A DNA stretch of 64,000 nt from Selaginella moellendorffii (taxonomy: Eukaryota; Plantae; Lycopodiophyta). The stretch lies in contig NW_003314261.1 of assembly GCF_000143415.4 (NCBI RefSeq), positions 620,001-684,000 of the forward strand, given 5' to 3'. Below, in pieces: positions 62,686-64,000 of this stretch. The translations under genes were made by a program, and so were the position numbers. Each line of letters starts with the position of its first letter. Within the stretch, counting starts at the first letter, position 1. The notes under the pieces are model-generated. The model was not told the DNA's origin, searched no databases, and saw nothing but the letters and a program-made list of their open reading frames with translations.

Positions 62686-62838
62686 TGATTATTGGCATTA
62701 GAGGATTTCATTAGTAGTTTTTTACTTGGGCTTGGATTTTGGGTTGCGAGCGCATCTAAAGACTGTGGAACATCGACTGGAAGATCGATCCAAGACACTG
62801 GAAGATTGAGGTGAGGCAATCGAGAGGAGCATTCATCT

Positions 62839-63402
62839 ATGAGGCACCAAGTTAGTTTGGGGATTCCAATGCGCTCTTCCCGCCAATCAGTAGACGAGGA
62901 GATTGCTCGAGATCAACACGCTGCTGGTGACATTCGTCTCTGAGGCGCCATCCACGGACAAGGTGCAATGCAGGAGAGCACGCGATGGAGAGAGCGCTTC
63001 TCTGCTCTTCCTTGTGCGCATTCTATGTGGTCTTGCCCAGTTTCACTCTACGATTCTTACAGAGTAGCCAAATCTCGCGCCCACGAAAGTTCATACGAGC
63101 CGCTACACCATGCCATCATCGATGGCCTTTGGTATCTCACCAAGCCATCGGATATAGACTGAAACTCGAGGCTGGCTGAGGACGAAAGAGATGACCATTC
63201 GGATGAAAGTGGAAACTGCGTCAGAGGTATGATCCATCGCTCAAGTTTTTGCAAAGTTCTCATTGATAAGACAATGGCGACGAAGTTGATATGGAGTCTC
63301 TCGTTACTGTTAAAGTATATGATCCACGGGTGTTTGAGCTTCCCAGAGTCAACGATACCTGGGTCACGGTTTTGGTGATTGGAGAAACGAAAACGCTGTG
63401 AG
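62839..63402 (+). pseudogene. Further decayed paralogue of the PD-(D/E)XK-like gene (5' half)
   Basis: KLVWG; RVAKSRAHESSYEPLHHAIIDGLWYLTKPSDID*; KVYDPRVFEL...VLVIGETKTL*. Confidence 0.72.
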
Positions 63403-64000
63403 CAATAAGATGAACCGCCAGAAAAACCAGGCAAACCATGGTCACCGGCTATCTTGGATTCGAGATTTACAACATCGAGCCTCCAGATACCATCAAATGT
63501 TCTCTATGTCCAAAATACTCTCTTGTGATTCCTGTTCCTTGCACTTAAAATCAGGTACTGCGATTCTTCCTACCAGGTGAAAGATCTTAAATCTTTTTTG
63601 GTTGGAACTCTATCGACGAAAAACTTCTTTTCAAACTCATTTGCAGCTTGATCCTGGTAGGCTTCGAGGCCTCTTCCTGCTATCTGCGGCTTCCACCCCG
63701 AGGTAGATCGGCGATTACGATCTCGTCGAAGATGGTAAAAACGACCTCTATAAGTTTGAGGAAGAGATTTTGGAGCCCTTGACGTCGTGGCAGCTTGAAT
63801 GGATCCACATTCTTCGACTTCACATAGAGTCCATAGAGTTTGGAGTCAGCTCCCAACCCCTGGAACGCAATCACACAACTTGGATGAACAAATTGCTTAG
63901 ATATGATCTCCCACCTCGAATGCCTGCTTGACAAGAGAAACTCCGGCGTTATAGCCATCACTGTCGCCGGTGCTAGAAAACCGAAGCCCTCACCTGTGGA

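Overview
Gene-dense land-plant nuclear DNA with very small (~48-60 nt) GT-AG introns. IFT172 (flagellated sperm), short-repeat PLS PPR genes and the intron size point to a lycophyte, most likely Selaginella (inference). Ordinary genes: AMP1/LAMP1-like glutamate carboxypeptidase, clade II serine carboxypeptidase-like (SCPL), three PLS-E PPR genes, class III peroxidase, IFT172, NIPA/DUF803 Mg transporter, CURT1, tandem LEA_2, RKF3-like receptor kinase, alliinase/TAR aminotransferase, MEKK-type MAP3K and an ARGOS/OSR protein. Mobile DNA: one full-length decayed Ty3/gypsy element (short LTRs, tRNA-Ala PBS, 4-bp TSD), a C-to-T-eroded second copy, and a Tat-like remnant with an archaeal-type RNase H before RT. 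Two observations stand out. (1) A spliced gene family I cannot name, with a PD-(D/E)XK-like D...ExK...QxxxY core and a C-terminal NLS: it is intact at 632-2206 and present as decayed copies at 57-63.4 kb, where each copy sits head-to-head with a divergent tRNA-Ala-like gene or remnant in a locally amplified module. (2) A Crinkler/RHS-type NTPase gene (41505-43640) whose REase domain appears catalytically degenerate, is interrupted by a PHD-like finger and is followed by a SAP-like motif. All alignments and splice models were made by eye; no database searches were run.
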